Shown here: piece after piece, positions 28,349 through 38,230 of the stretch | Numbering within the stretch: the first letter of the stretch is position 1 | How the letters are laid out: the number at the start of each line of letters is the position of its first letter | Assembly (NCBI GenBank): GCA_965214405.1 | Contig: OZ243956.1 | Coordinates: forward strand, 2,336,001-2,400,000 | Origin: Trueperaceae bacterium | GTDB taxonomy: Bacteria > Deinococcota > Deinococci > Deinococcales > Trueperaceae | Direction of reading: 5' to 3' | DNA: 64,000 bases | The notes under the pieces: model-generated | The model's input: only the letters and a program-made list of their open reading frames with translations | The model's database searches: none | What the model was told of the DNA's origin: nothing | Translations under genes and position numbers: made by a program

Positions 28349-28966
28349 GTGAGTATTTTCGAGACCGTCGCCATTATCTTGACCGTTACCGCGCTCTTTG
28401 GTTACGTCAACGAGCGCTTTATCAAACTCCCCACCCCCTACGCGCTGGCGCAGACGCTCCACGTCTCGGGGCCGCTGGCGATGGTCGTGGCGGGGCTTTT
28501 TATCGGCAACCGGGGCCGCCTTTTTGCGATGAGCACCCGGACGCGCGAGCATTTGGACACCTTTTGGGAGATGACCGACGAGATTCTTAACGCGGTGCTG
28601 TTTGTGCTGATCGGCCTCGAGATGGTCTTGGTCGAATACACCCCGCTAAGCCTCCTGGCGACCTTTCTCGCTATTCCCTTGGTGCTCGCGTCGCGTTTGT
28701 TAAGCGTGGGGGTGCCCATCTCGCTCATCCGTCTGCGGCGCGCGTTTTTGCCCTATACGGTCCGGATGATGGTCTGGGGCGGCTTACGGGGCGGCATCTC
28801 GGTCGCGCTCGCGCTCTCCTTGCCGAGCGGCCCGACGCGCGACCTGCTCCTCACCATGACCTACGGCGTGGTGGTGTTCGCCATCCTTGTTCAGGGCCTC
28901 ACCGTCGGGCGAGTGGCCGCGCGCATCACGCCCAGTACCTCAAATAGCCCCTCGAGCACCCCCTGA
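28349..28966 (+). pseudogene. CPA1/NhaP-type Na+/H+ antiporter with a large in-frame internal deletion
   Basis: N-terminal YVNERFIKLP joined directly to YALAQTLHVSGPLAMVVAG; C-terminal WGGLRGGISVALAL present; only 205 aa. Confidence 0.75.
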
Positions 28967-29583
28967 TGCCCAGAGAACGCGAACTCAAGTTCTCCTTGAG
29001 CGAACTTCCCAACTTGAGCGCCCTCGAGAACGAGCTTACAGAAGTAGGCTTCACCGTGCAGGTGTTGGGAACGCGGGTGCAAAACGACACCTACGTTGAC
29101 ACACCGGAGAGGGGGCTCGAGCGCGCCGGACTCGCCCTAAGGGTACGCGAAACGCAAAACGAACGGCTCGCCACGCTCAAGATGGGGGGAGAAACAGCGG
29201 GTGAGGTCAAAGACGGGCTTCACGACCGCGAGGAACTCGAGCTTCCCCTCCAAAACGGTGCGTGGCCCGAGCCCATCCGGGCGCGGCTCGAGGGTCTGGA
29301 CACAGATGCCTTGAAGCCCACTCTCACCTTGCGCAACGAGCGCACCCGCTACCTCGTCCTCGAGGACAAAACGGAGCTTGCCGAACTCTCTCTCGATGAG
29401 GTGACGGCGCGGCGTCCGGGGGAGGCGCGGGAGGTGCATTTTTTGGAGTTAGAAATTGAAGCCCGCTCCGGGTCGGACGAGGATTTACGAGGAATCGCCG
29501 AAGTTCTCAAACGTTTTCTTACCCTCACGCCCGAGAGCCTGAGCAAGCCTCGACACGCCGAAGCGCTGCTCGGCATAAAATGA
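28966..29583 (+). CDS. CYTH domain protein
   Basis: ERELKF, YVDT, LRVR, TLK, REE.E, ELEIE. Confidence 0.85.
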   Translation: MPRERELKFSLSELPNLSALENELTEVGFTVQVLGTRVQNDTYVDTPERGLERAGLALRVRETQNERLATLKMGGETAGEVKDGLHDREELELPLQNGAWPEPIRARLEGLDTDALKPTLTLRNERTRYLVLEDKTELAELSLDEVTARRPGEAREVHFLELEIEARSGSDEDLRGIAEVLKRFLTLTPESLSKPRHAEALLGIK

Positions 29584-30140
29584 CGCTTCTGCTCATCCGC
29601 CACGCCAAAGCGGGCAAAAGAGGTCCAAACTATCCCGACGACGGTCTCAGGCCGCTCACCAGGGAGGGGCGGGCGCAGGCGCGGAAACTCGCCAAGCTTT
29701 TCAAGGTTCTGGGAGTTGAGTTTGACTATGTCTTCTCGAGCCCCCACACCCGCGCCCTGGAAACTGCCGAACCGTTAGAAGCGCGCCTAAAAAAGGGAGA
29801 CGTTGAGACGCTTCAAAGCCTCACCAGCGACCTTTATCCACAGTTGCTTGTGGATATCGCCACAAAGTCTGGGGACAACGGGATAAAAAAGGCTGTAAAG
29901 GCGCTAAAAACGACAGAAAAAGCGAAAAATGCCACTGGGGCAAACCTAACCGTCGCTCTGGTGGGTCACGAACCCTACCTCGGCGAATTCGCCTCTTATC
30001 TTCTTACCGCCGACGCTAAACAGGTGAAGATAGATGTCAAAAAGGCGGGCGTGATTGTTTTGCAAGGCCTCCCTGAGCCCAGCAAGATGACGCTTCGGGG
30101 GATGCTCGAGCCGTCCCTTTATGCTCTGCTGAGGGAGTGA
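29580..30140 (+). CDS. sixA: Phosphohistidine phosphatase SixA-like
   Basis: LIRHAKA, RPLT.EG, SSP.TRA.ETA, LVGHEP. Confidence 0.85.
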   Translation: MTLLLIRHAKAGKRGPNYPDDGLRPLTREGRAQARKLAKLFKVLGVEFDYVFSSPHTRALETAEPLEARLKKGDVETLQSLTSDLYPQLLVDIATKSGDNGIKKAVKALKTTEKAKNATGANLTVALVGHEPYLGEFASYLLTADAKQVKIDVKKAGVIVLQGLPEPSKMTLRGMLEPSLYALLRE

Positions 30141-30220
30141 AGGACGGCATTTTCTTCTGTCGAGCTTTGGAAAGACTGTGAGTTCGCGTCACCTGTCTGC
30201 ACGATAGTTTATGATGACAC

Positions 30221-30658
30221 ATGGACGACATTTACGACAACGACGACCAGGAAACTCCACAAGCCAAAATGGGCGACGCGACCTTGGGCAGCGTTGCCGG
30301 TAAGGGCACGCTGCAAATCGTGCGGGGTCCGCGCGCCGACAAAATCCTCGATATCGTCGGCACCTGGCGACTTGCGGACGAAGACGCGGGGGGCGACGTG
30401 AGCGAGATTCACAAGGCGCACGAGGAGGGCCGGACGGTGCGCTACACGGGCCGTCTCGACGACCCCGACTATCCGAACATCAAAGAGGTGGATACAGAGG
30501 TTCGCATCACCTCCATCGGGACGTACCACACCACCCCGCAAGAGGGCGAGGACGAGGGCGAGGAGCGCACGTTCTACAACTACGACGTAACGGGCTCGCT
30601 GCCCTACACCGATGAGGAAGTTTCCGAGGAGTCGGAGTTTGGAAAAGAGAAGCGCTAG
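30221..30658 (+). CDS. Acidic hypothetical protein
   Basis: 145-aa ORF with host-like codon usage; no motif recognised. Confidence 0.6.
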   Translation: MDDIYDNDDQETPQAKMGDATLGSVAGKGTLQIVRGPRADKILDIVGTWRLADEDAGGDVSEIHKAHEEGRTVRYTGRLDDPDYPNIKEVDTEVRITSIGTYHTTPQEGEDEGEERTFYNYDVTGSLPYTDEEVSEESEFGKEKR

Positions 30659-30868
30659 GGGGCTTTCTGTGTTTTTACCCTGTGTAAAAGTGTAGGAGAG
30701 CATTAGGAATATGGAATAGAGAAGGGAGAATGCAAATTTTTGAATTCTGCACTCCTTGTATCCCAGTCTCAGCACGCTTGGAACGACTGCCTGGCAACTC
30801 GAGCCCAAAACGCGCACCTCAATACTCAATAACGTGGATTTGCTACACCGTTCTGACGCCTCGGGTGT

Positions 30869-32113
30869 ATGCTCTCCCCCGTGGCGCGCTGGCAACGAAC
30901 CCTCTACATCATGTTCGCCGCGCAGGTCCTGTCGGCGGTGGGGTTCTCGACCATCTTCCCTTTTTTGCCCGAATACGTGACCTCGCTCGGCAGCACCACG
31001 GGCGTGAGTCTGGCCTTTTGGGTGGCGATGGTTTTCAGCGCGCAGGGTTTCACGATGATGATGGCTTCGCCCGTCTGGGGCGCGGTGGCCGACCGCTACG
31101 GGCGCAAGCTGATGGTGCAGCGGGCGATGTTCGGGGGCGCGGCAATAATCCTGCTCATGGCTTTTGCGCGGAGCGCCGAAGAGCTGGTGCTGCTGCGCGC
31201 GGTTCAGGGGCTTATTACCGGGGTGGTCGCGGCGGCGAACGCGCTGGTGGCGGCGAGCGCGCCGCGCGAGCGCATCGGCTACGCGATGGGGCTGTTGCAG
31301 GTCGGACTCTGGAGCGGCGTGTCGGTGGGGCCGGTGATTGGTGGGATTTTGGCGGACGCCTACGGGTTTCGGGTGGCTTTTTTTGTGACCTCGGGATTAC
31401 TTTTTGCGGGCGGCCTGCTGGTGCTTTGGGGGGTTCAAGAGGAGTTTGTGCGCGTCGAGAGGCCGCGGGGCTCGAGCTACTTCGCCGACTGGAAGCACGT
31501 CTTTTTGGCCCCCGGCGTCAACCCGACGTTTCTGATCCGCTTTACCGCCTGGCTCGGGCACACCATGATTGTCCCCTTTTTGCCCCTCTTCGTCGCCTCG
31601 CTTCTTGTTGACAAGTCGGTGGTAAGCACCTTTACGGGCGTGGTCATCGGCGTCGCCTCGGCGGCGGGCACCCTGAGCGCGATTCTTTTGGGCCGACTGG
31701 GCGACCGCGTCGGGCACAAACCCGTGCTGGTGGTGAGCGCGCTCGTGGCGGCGCTCTTTTACTTGCCGATGAGCCTGGTAGATACGGGCTGGCAGTTCCT
31801 CGTCCTCAACGCGCTCGCGGGCGCGGCGGTGGGCGGGGTGATGCCCGCACTCAGCGCGCTTTTGGCGACCTACACCGAGCACGGCGAGGAGGGCGCGGTT
31901 TACGGTCTCGATAATGCGGTTATCGCCGCGGCTAGAGCCGTCGCGCCGCTCGCGGGCGCGGGCGTGATTTTTCTCTTTGGGGCGTCTGGTGACCCCTCGA
32001 GCTACCGCGACATCTTCGTCGCCACGGGCGCGATGTTCCTCGTGACCGTCGGCCTCGCGCTCTGGAAGTTGCCGAACACGCGCGTAAGACGCGCGGCGAG
32101 TCCAGCAGACTAG
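30869..32113 (+). CDS. MFS transporter (DHA1/MdtG-like)
   Basis: SPVWGAVADRYGRK.M..RA, GRLGDRVG, about 12 TM segments. Confidence 0.9.
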   Translation: MLSPVARWQRTLYIMFAAQVLSAVGFSTIFPFLPEYVTSLGSTTGVSLAFWVAMVFSAQGFTMMMASPVWGAVADRYGRKLMVQRAMFGGAAIILLMAFARSAEELVLLRAVQGLITGVVAAANALVAASAPRERIGYAMGLLQVGLWSGVSVGPVIGGILADAYGFRVAFFVTSGLLFAGGLLVLWGVQEEFVRVERPRGSSYFADWKHVFLAPGVNPTFLIRFTAWLGHTMIVPFLPLFVASLLVDKSVVSTFTGVVIGVASAAGTLSAILLGRLGDRVGHKPVLVVSALVAALFYLPMSLVDTGWQFLVLNALAGAAVGGVMPALSALLATYTEHGEEGAVYGLDNAVIAAARAVAPLAGAGVIFLFGASGDPSSYRDIFVATGAMFLVTVGLALWKLPNTRVRRAASPAD

Positions 32114-32175
32114 ATAATGACAAGGGGACCGGAGACTTCTCCGGGTTTCTCCAACGCTTTTTGTTCCCCCGCACC

Positions 32176-32204
32176 TTGACAGGCCCTTACGCGCGCGCTA
32201 GCGT
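32176..32204 (+). promoter_or_regulatory. Sigma70-type promoter for thiB
   Basis: TTGACA-17 nt-TAGCGT immediately before the riboswitch. Confidence 0.65.
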
Positions 32205-32211
32205 GGACGCG

Positions 32212-32290
32212 TCACCAGGGGTGCCTTGACAAGGCTGAGAACAGACCCTGCGAACCTGATCCCGTTAGTACGGGCGTAGGAAGCGTGATA
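32212..32290 (+). ncRNA. TPP riboswitch
   Basis: GGGGTGCC...GGCTGAGA..AGACCC...GAACCTGAT...GGCGTAGGAA consensus upstream of a thiamine-binding protein. Confidence 0.93.
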
Positions 32291-32370
32291 GTGAAGCCCA
32301 AAGGTTAAAGATATTGAAGGGCTTCAAAACGAGCTTCAGGTTTCCTTTCTGGTGACGGAATGGATTTTTT

Positions 32371-33417
32371 ATGCTTAAGAAGATGTTAGCCCTCCTCCTG
32401 GCGCTCGCGCTGAGCGCGTCTTTCGCGCAGACGCTGCGCGTCCTCACGCACAACTCGTTCAACATCTCTAACGATGTGTTGGAAGCCTTTACGCAAGAAA
32501 CGGGCATCGAGGTGCAGCTTTTGGAGGGCGGCGACGCGGGCGAGACCGTCAACCGCGCGGTTTTGACGAAGGGCAACCCGCTGGCCGACGTACTCTACGG
32601 CGTGGACAACAGCCTCATTGCTCGAGCCGCGAACGAAGGGATTTTCGAGCCTTACCAGAGTCCGCAGCTCGAGCGGGTGCCCGAGACTTACAGGTTTAGC
32701 CAGGACAATTTGGTCACGCCTATCGACGTAGGGTTTGTCAACTTCAATTACGACAAGGCCTGGTTTGAAGAGCGTGGCCTCGAGCCCCCCACCAGCCTCG
32801 AGGACCTCACCGAGCCCGCTTACGAGGGGTTGACGGTAGTCCAAAACCCGGCGACGAGTTCGCCCGGTTTGGCGTTTATGCTCACGACCATTGACAAGTT
32901 TGGGGATGAGTGGCTTACGTACTGGGCGGCGTTGCGTGATAACGGGCTCGAGGTGGCCGACGGCTGGGAGAGCGCTTATAACACCTCTTTTACGCTCTAC
33001 GGCGGCGATAAACCCATCGTCTTGTCCTACGCCAGCTCGCCCGCTGCCGAGGTCGTCTACGCTGAAACCACACCCCAAGACGCGCCCACCGGCAACTTGT
33101 TCTGCGACGCGTGCGTGTTCCGGCAAATTGAGGCGGTGGGCATTTTGAAGGGCACAAAAGAGCGAGCGGCGGCGGAAAAGTTTATCGACTACATGCTGAG
33201 TGTGAAGTTTCAAGACGACATCCCGCTCAACATGTTCGTTTACCCCGTCGTGGACGACGCCACGCTGCCGGAGGTGTTCACCCAGTACGCCGCGGTGCCG
33301 AGCGAGGCGCAAATTGCGAGCGTTCCTGCGGAGACGGTTGAGGCCAGTTTGCGCGGGTGGCTGGACGCGTGGACCAGGGTGGTGGAGCAGGGGCAGGACC
33401 CGGCGGCGGTGCAGTAA
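32371..33417 (+). CDS. thiB: Thiamine ABC transporter substrate-binding protein
   Basis: Signal peptide, THNSF, GDAG, DVLYGVDN, PATSSPGLAF, LSYASSP, FRQIE. Confidence 0.9.
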   Translation: MLKKMLALLLALALSASFAQTLRVLTHNSFNISNDVLEAFTQETGIEVQLLEGGDAGETVNRAVLTKGNPLADVLYGVDNSLIARAANEGIFEPYQSPQLERVPETYRFSQDNLVTPIDVGFVNFNYDKAWFEERGLEPPTSLEDLTEPAYEGLTVVQNPATSSPGLAFMLTTIDKFGDEWLTYWAALRDNGLEVADGWESAYNTSFTLYGGDKPIVLSYASSPAAEVVYAETTPQDAPTGNLFCDACVFRQIEAVGILKGTKERAAAEKFIDYMLSVKFQDDIPLNMFVYPVVDDATLPEVFTQYAAVPSEAQIASVPAETVEASLRGWLDAWTRVVEQGQDPAAVQ

Positions 33418-33482
33418 GGCGGGCCGATTTAGAAAAATGTTTGAGGGTGTGCTGTCAGGTGCGGTACACCTTTTTGCTACTG

Positions 33483-33659
33483 TTAAGCTGAAACAGCTTC
33501 AGCCATTATCTCCTCGGGGCTCATCACACGCCCCTTTTCACTTCGCGCTTTTGTCAAAGAGATTTTTTCTTCCTCGCTCAACTCCAAAGTTGGCAGCGAA
33601 GCTTCCCATGCGTTCCAGCGGCGGGGATTCTCAAGCCTCTGCTCTCTCTTAATTTTCAT
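33483..33659 (-). CDS. Small 58-aa ORF, antitoxin-like fragment
   Basis: MKIKREQRLENPRRWNAWEASLPTLELSEEEKISLTKARSEKGRVMSPEEIMAEAVSA, read by hand; start overlaps the TetR stop. Confidence 0.35.
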   Translation of the reverse strand: MKIKREQRLENPRRWNAWEASLPTLELSEEEKISLTKARSEKGRVMSPEEIMAEAVSA

Positions 33660-34311
33660 GGTGCTGTGCGGCGTGGGAAAGAGCTTTGTCGTAAAAAAGG
33701 CCGTGCATCAATAAGTCGGTCACCACCTGAACGGCCCGTTCCCCGTCTACATGCGGCGCTTCGGCGATTCGCCAGAAAAGCAGGTTCAGCATTCCCGCGA
33801 CGCCCGCCACGTCAACGTTCGGTCTCGCCCCCGGCAACTGTAACGCGGATTGAAGCGCCGCCTCCACGCGTTTGGCCGTCCAGGCTTCTACCTGCCCATC
33901 AAGCTCGCGTAACTCGAGATCGCTCAGCACCACCTCACGCCAAGCCCGGTAAGCGCCCCCGTATTTGCGGTCGGCCATCAGCCCCTCGCGGAGCGCCCGC
34001 TCGAGCACAACTCTGGGCTCGTTCACCCTGCCTAAGTCAAGGTCTAGCGCCGTCAACTCCTCGAGCAAATTGTCCATCAAGACCAAAAGTACCTGACGCT
34101 TCGAGCGGAAATGCTGGTAAAACGTCCCGGCACCCACACCCGCCTGAGCGGCCATCTCCCCGATGCTGGTCAGCTCGTAGCCACGCTCCGCAAATAAATT
34201 CAGGGCCGCCCCCAGCAGCGCCGCCCGCGTTTGGCGGCTGCGCTCTTGCCTGGGCGGTGGTGGTAGGTCTTCGGCGCCCAGGAGGTCCGGACGTGGTGGA
34301 AATTTAAGCAA
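33649..34311 (-). CDS. TetR/AcrR family regulator
   Basis: RQERSRQTRAALL.AA..LF.ERGY..TS...A..AGV..GTFYQHF.SK; start uncertain (TTG at 34311 chosen). Confidence 0.88.
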   Translation of the reverse strand: MLKFPPRPDLLGAEDLPPPPRQERSRQTRAALLGAALNLFAERGYELTSIGEMAAQAGVGAGTFYQHFRSKRQVLLVLMDNLLEELTALDLDLGRVNEPRVVLERALREGLMADRKYGGAYRAWREVVLSDLELRELDGQVEAWTAKRVEAALQSALQLPGARPNVDVAGVAGMLNLLFWRIAEAPHVDGERAVQVVTDLLMHGLFYDKALSHAAQHHEN

Positions 34312-35158
34312 GAACGGGTTGGGGTACAAAGTCGGTAATGAGGGCGCTGAGGATTTCCGGCTGGTCTTCAGCCACAAACGTTTTCGAGCCCTTTACCCGC
34401 TCCAAACGGGCGTCTGGAAACGCTTTTGCCAGCCGCTCACCGAAACGGAGAGGGAAAATCCAGTCATCCTCACCCCAAGCGACCAAAACTGGCTTGTGAA
34501 ACTCGGAAAAGCGCTTGGCGGCTTCTAGCGTGTAGCGGTTGGCAATCCCCAAGCCAAACTTTTTGGTGTCACGCCTTACCGCTGGGTTACGGATAAAGCC
34601 CCTGAAGTAGCTCTCGCCGACGCGAGGCTCGAGCCTCGCGTGAGCGAGCAAGGCGTAGAGCAGTTTCTGGACCGGCCTCAGCCGCAAGGTCAGAGCGAAA
34701 AAGGACACGCCACCAGGCAACCGAAAAAGGGTTTGAAATGGTCGCAACACAGGCGGGAGGAAGTTTTCAAAAGCGTCGCAGTTGGTGAGTACGAGGCGAG
34801 CAACACGTTCGGGGTAGTTGACCACGACGAGTTGCGTGAGCGCCCCACCCGTGTCACACGCAACGATGGTCACGTCTCTGAGGTTGAGGGCTGCCATAAG
34901 GTCGTGGATAAGTTTTGCAATACCAAGGGGAGACAGGTCTGCATTCTCATGCATGGGCTCGGTGTGCCCGCCAAGCGGCAAGGTTGGGACGATGCAGCGG
35001 AAGTGGGCGGAAAGTGGACGGTAAACCTTACGCCACATTTCACCGTTAACCAGCAGACCGTGAATGAAAAGAAGCGTGGGGCCGTCGCCGCTGTCTAGGT
35101 ACTGGACCGTCCCTTGGGAAAGCTGGACTTTTCGGGTTTGTGACACACCTGTCATCAT
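34304..35158 (-). CDS. Alpha/beta hydrolase (epoxide hydrolase/dehalogenase-like, Asp nucleophile)
   Basis: FIHGLL, PLGGH, ACDTGG nucleophile elbow, WGEDD. Confidence 0.88.
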   Translation of the reverse strand: MMTGVSQTRKVQLSQGTVQYLDSGDGPTLLFIHGLLVNGEMWRKVYRPLSAHFRCIVPTLPLGGHTEPMHENADLSPLGIAKLIHDLMAALNLRDVTIVACDTGGALTQLVVVNYPERVARLVLTNCDAFENFLPPVLRPFQTLFRLPGGVSFFALTLRLRPVQKLLYALLAHARLEPRVGESYFRGFIRNPAVRRDTKKFGLGIANRYTLEAAKRFSEFHKPVLVAWGEDDWIFPLRFGERLAKAFPDARLERVKGSKTFVAEDQPEILSALITDFVPQPVLA

Positions 35159-35180
35159 TTGACCTCCATAAATCGTTTCC

Positions 35181-35222
35181 GAATTCGAATTCAGGTTAGC
35201 GCAAGTAAGCTGGTTTTGTCAA
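35181..35222 (-). promoter_or_regulatory. Promoter with an adjacent palindromic operator (probable TetR site)
   Basis: Minus strand TTGACA-18 nt-TAACCT directly followed by GAATTCGAATTC (35181-35192). Confidence 0.55.
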
Positions 35223-35261
35223 GTACAGCGACGACCCTTCAGGATGCTCTCTGTAAGCCTG

Positions 35262-35873
35262 TCAAGCCGGTTTGAGCACCCCGCGCAAAAACACTTGCAC
35301 CAGTAGCACCGCCTCGTCAACCTCCTCGGCTCCTTCTTGCGCGTCTTCTCGAGGCGCGTAAGCAGTAAGCGTGTCCACAAAAACCATTGTGGTGAAAAGT
35401 TCTGCGGTGGCGAGCGGGGGCGTGGGGACGAGGTCGCCCCGTTGAACGCCCTCCCGCAGGATGTCCGCCACGCGCCGGATGTAAATTTCTAACGGGCGCT
35501 GACCGATGAGTCCGGGCAGGCCGCTGGCGGTGAGAAAAATATGGAGCACGCCGCGGTTAGCTTCTTGAAAAGCAAGCGTTTCACGAACCATCGCCGCCAA
35601 GCGTGCGTCCGTCGCCTCGACATCCCGCACCGCCTCGTCAATCCGGGTGACGAGTTCTTCACTTTTCGAGGTCAGGAGCGCCTGCAAAAGGGCCAGCTTA
35701 TCGCCAAAATGGTTGTAGAGACTCACCCGAGTAAGCAGCGCGCGTTCGGCGATTTCTTCCATCGAGGCGTTGTGAAAGCCGCGCTCGGCGAATACGTCCA
35801 GGGCGGCCCCCAAAATCTCGAGTCTCCGTTTATGGCGGCGCTTCTCCCGCGGGCTGAGGTCGGTTACCGTCAC
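35262..35873 (-). CDS. TetR family regulator
   Basis: EILGAALDVFAERGFHNASMEEIA...SLYNHF.DK. Confidence 0.9.
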   Translation of the reverse strand: MTVTDLSPREKRRHKRRLEILGAALDVFAERGFHNASMEEIAERALLTRVSLYNHFGDKLALLQALLTSKSEELVTRIDEAVRDVEATDARLAAMVRETLAFQEANRGVLHIFLTASGLPGLIGQRPLEIYIRRVADILREGVQRGDLVPTPPLATAELFTTMVFVDTLTAYAPREDAQEGAEEVDEAVLLVQVFLRGVLKPA

Positions 35874-37240
35874 CGAGGGCGCAGCCTCATCGAAATGCCG
35901 TTTTTGGGACGCAACGTAATCATCGTTTGCGGCTCGACGGGGTGACCGGGGACAAGCTCGAGCGCGTACCGCTGCGCCACGGTCGCCAAGATGAGTTGCG
36001 CCTCCATCATCGCAAAGTTGTTGCCGATGCAGCCCCTTGGCCCGCCGCCAAAAGGAATATAGGCGAAGCGGTGGCGGCCCTCGGAACGTTCGGGCGAAAA
36101 GCGCTCCGGGTCGAAACCCTCGGGGTTGGGCCAGAAGTCGGGGTGGCGGTGGGTGACGTAGGTGCTAATAACCACGTCGGACCCTGCCTCGATGGGGTAG
36201 CCACCCACTTCATCAGGCGCTTTTGCGCGCCGCCCGATGGCCCAGGCGGGCGGGTAGAGGCGCATCGCCTCCTCGACGACCATTTTGGTGTAGGAAAGTC
36301 TCTGAAGGTCGGCAACCGTCGGGGTGTGCCCCAGCGTGTCTACTTCGGCAAAAAGTCCCTCGGCGGCGGTGGGGTGACCTGAGAGCAAATAAAAGGTCCA
36401 GGCGAGCGCGTTGGCCGTCGTCTCGTGGCCCGCCAAAAAGAGCGTCATCGCCTCGTCGCGCACTTGTTTATCGGTCATGCCCTCGCCCGTGTCGGCGTCG
36501 CGGGCGTGCAGGAGCATCGACAGTAGGTCCCGCTTATCGTCTTCGTCCCCCCCAGCTTTGCGCCGCTCGTCAATCATCCGGTAGACCACCTCGTCTAAAG
36601 TCTCGATGGCCGCGCGGAAGAGTCGGTTGCCGGGGGTGGGCAAAGCTTCTAGATTTAAGAGAGAGCGCATCCGGGCGTTGGTGTGCTCGAGCGCTATACT
36701 CAAGGCCCGCCCGACGCGGTCCGCCTCGCCCGACACGTCGGTGCTAAAGAGCGTCCAGCCGACAATCGTGAGCGTGAGGCGCATCATCTCCCGCGCCACG
36801 TCGAAGGGTTGACCCTCACGCGCAAAAACGCTCCAGCGCTCGTCCAGCATGGAGCGCGTCGAGGCGACCATCGTGTCCCCAAACCCGCCGATGCGCCCGC
36901 GGTGAAACATGGGCTGCGCCAGGCGGCGCTGCCGGAGCCAGAAGTCGCCCTCGGAGGTGAGCAGGCCCCGCCCCAACAGCGGCGCGGTTTTTTCGTAGGC
37001 GCTGTCTTTTTGATAGTTCTGATAGTTGTCGAGCAGCACGTGCTTGATAAAGTCCGGGTGCGCGATGAGGTAGGGGTGGCGCGGCCCGGCGCGGAAACGG
37101 AAAATATCGCCCAAGTCGCGCCGCGTATTGACAAAAAAGCCCAGCGCGTCGCGGCGCAGCGCGGGCAGGTGACCCACGAGGGGCTGACCCTTGGGTTCGG
37201 GTGCGGCGGCAGGCTTGGCGGGTTTGGTGAGCGTGGTCAT
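35870..37240 (-). CDS. Cytochrome P450
   Basis: AGHETT I-helix, EAMRLYPP, PERF, PFGGGPRGCIG heme loop; ATG at 37240 after AGAGGAGA. Confidence 0.95.
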   Translation of the reverse strand: MTTLTKPAKPAAAPEPKGQPLVGHLPALRRDALGFFVNTRRDLGDIFRFRAGPRHPYLIAHPDFIKHVLLDNYQNYQKDSAYEKTAPLLGRGLLTSEGDFWLRQRRLAQPMFHRGRIGGFGDTMVASTRSMLDERWSVFAREGQPFDVAREMMRLTLTIVGWTLFSTDVSGEADRVGRALSIALEHTNARMRSLLNLEALPTPGNRLFRAAIETLDEVVYRMIDERRKAGGDEDDKRDLLSMLLHARDADTGEGMTDKQVRDEAMTLFLAGHETTANALAWTFYLLSGHPTAAEGLFAEVDTLGHTPTVADLQRLSYTKMVVEEAMRLYPPAWAIGRRAKAPDEVGGYPIEAGSDVVISTYVTHRHPDFWPNPEGFDPERFSPERSEGRHRFAYIPFGGGPRGCIGNNFAMMEAQLILATVAQRYALELVPGHPVEPQTMITLRPKNGISMRLRPR

Positions 37241-37367
37241 GAAATCTCCTCTGAATCTTATACAGATTATATAAAGTTTTAACAGTCTGTAAAGCATCTA
37301 AGGCGTATGAAGAGAGAACTTTAACGAGACCTGTAGGCAGCCGTGAGGGCTACAATGGGCGCAGCCT

Positions 37368-38186
37368 ATGACCCTAAGGATTCGCGCGCCAAAGACCATC
37401 ACGGAGTTCAAACACTTAGAAGCGCTTCAGCGGGAGGTGTGGGAGACTAGAGCGGGCCTCGAGCCCGCCGAAACGCTCCTGACAGTCCAAAAAAACGGCG
37501 GCGTGGTGCTGGCTGCTTACGACGAGGCAGCCCTGCCGGAACGCCCTGTAGGCTTTGTGTTCGGCTTTCTCGGGCGCGCGGCGTCGGGAGAGTTCAAGCA
37601 CTGCTCGCACATGCTCGGGGTGCTCATGGGTTACCGGGACAAGGGTGTCGGGTACAGCCTCAAGGAGGCGCAGCGTGAGGCGGTGCTGAGGCAGAATCTA
37701 AAGCTCGTCACCTGGACCTTTGACCCCTTGGAAAGCCGCAACGCCGCCTTTAACTTGCGCAAATTAGGCGCGGTCTGTGGCCTTTACCTCCCTAACCTCT
37801 ACGGCGACATGGGCGGCATTAACCAAGGCTTGCCGAGCGACCGTTTTCAGGTGGACTGGCGGGTGGATGGCGCGCACGTCCGGGAGCGGTTGGCGGGTGG
37901 AACATCACCCAAAGAAATAAACGGAGATAGGGTGGACGCACAGCGCGGTGGGAGATTCGTTCGTCCCCCGGATTCTGCGCCGTCCCTCGAGCCCCCCCGC
38001 CTCTTTATCGAGATACCGACCAACATCCAAAACATCAAAAAGGCCGACGGGGCGCTCTCTAGCGCCTGGCGAGATTACACGCGCGACGTTTTTACTCGGG
38101 CCTTTGCACAAAACTACACCGCGACGGACTTTCTGTCTAAGGAGAAGCGGGGTTACTACGTGCTCGAGCGAAATTGGACCACGTGA
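37368..38186 (+). CDS. GNAT family acetyltransferase
   Basis: GFVFGF, SHMLGV..YRDKGVG..LK..QR, WTFDPLE.RNA.FN..KLG, SDRF. Confidence 0.85.
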   Translation: MTLRIRAPKTITEFKHLEALQREVWETRAGLEPAETLLTVQKNGGVVLAAYDEAALPERPVGFVFGFLGRAASGEFKHCSHMLGVLMGYRDKGVGYSLKEAQREAVLRQNLKLVTWTFDPLESRNAAFNLRKLGAVCGLYLPNLYGDMGGINQGLPSDRFQVDWRVDGAHVRERLAGGTSPKEINGDRVDAQRGGRFVRPPDSAPSLEPPRLFIEIPTNIQNIKKADGALSSAWRDYTRDVFTRAFAQNYTATDFLSKEKRGYYVLERNWTT

Positions 38187-38230
38187 GTTAGGTCCGTATC
38201 GAGCAAGGACGCCTTCGTTATACTTACCCT

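Noticed and set aside
28425..28445. CTCGAG-mediated deletion of nhaP
   Set aside because: There is no CTCGAG at the junction.
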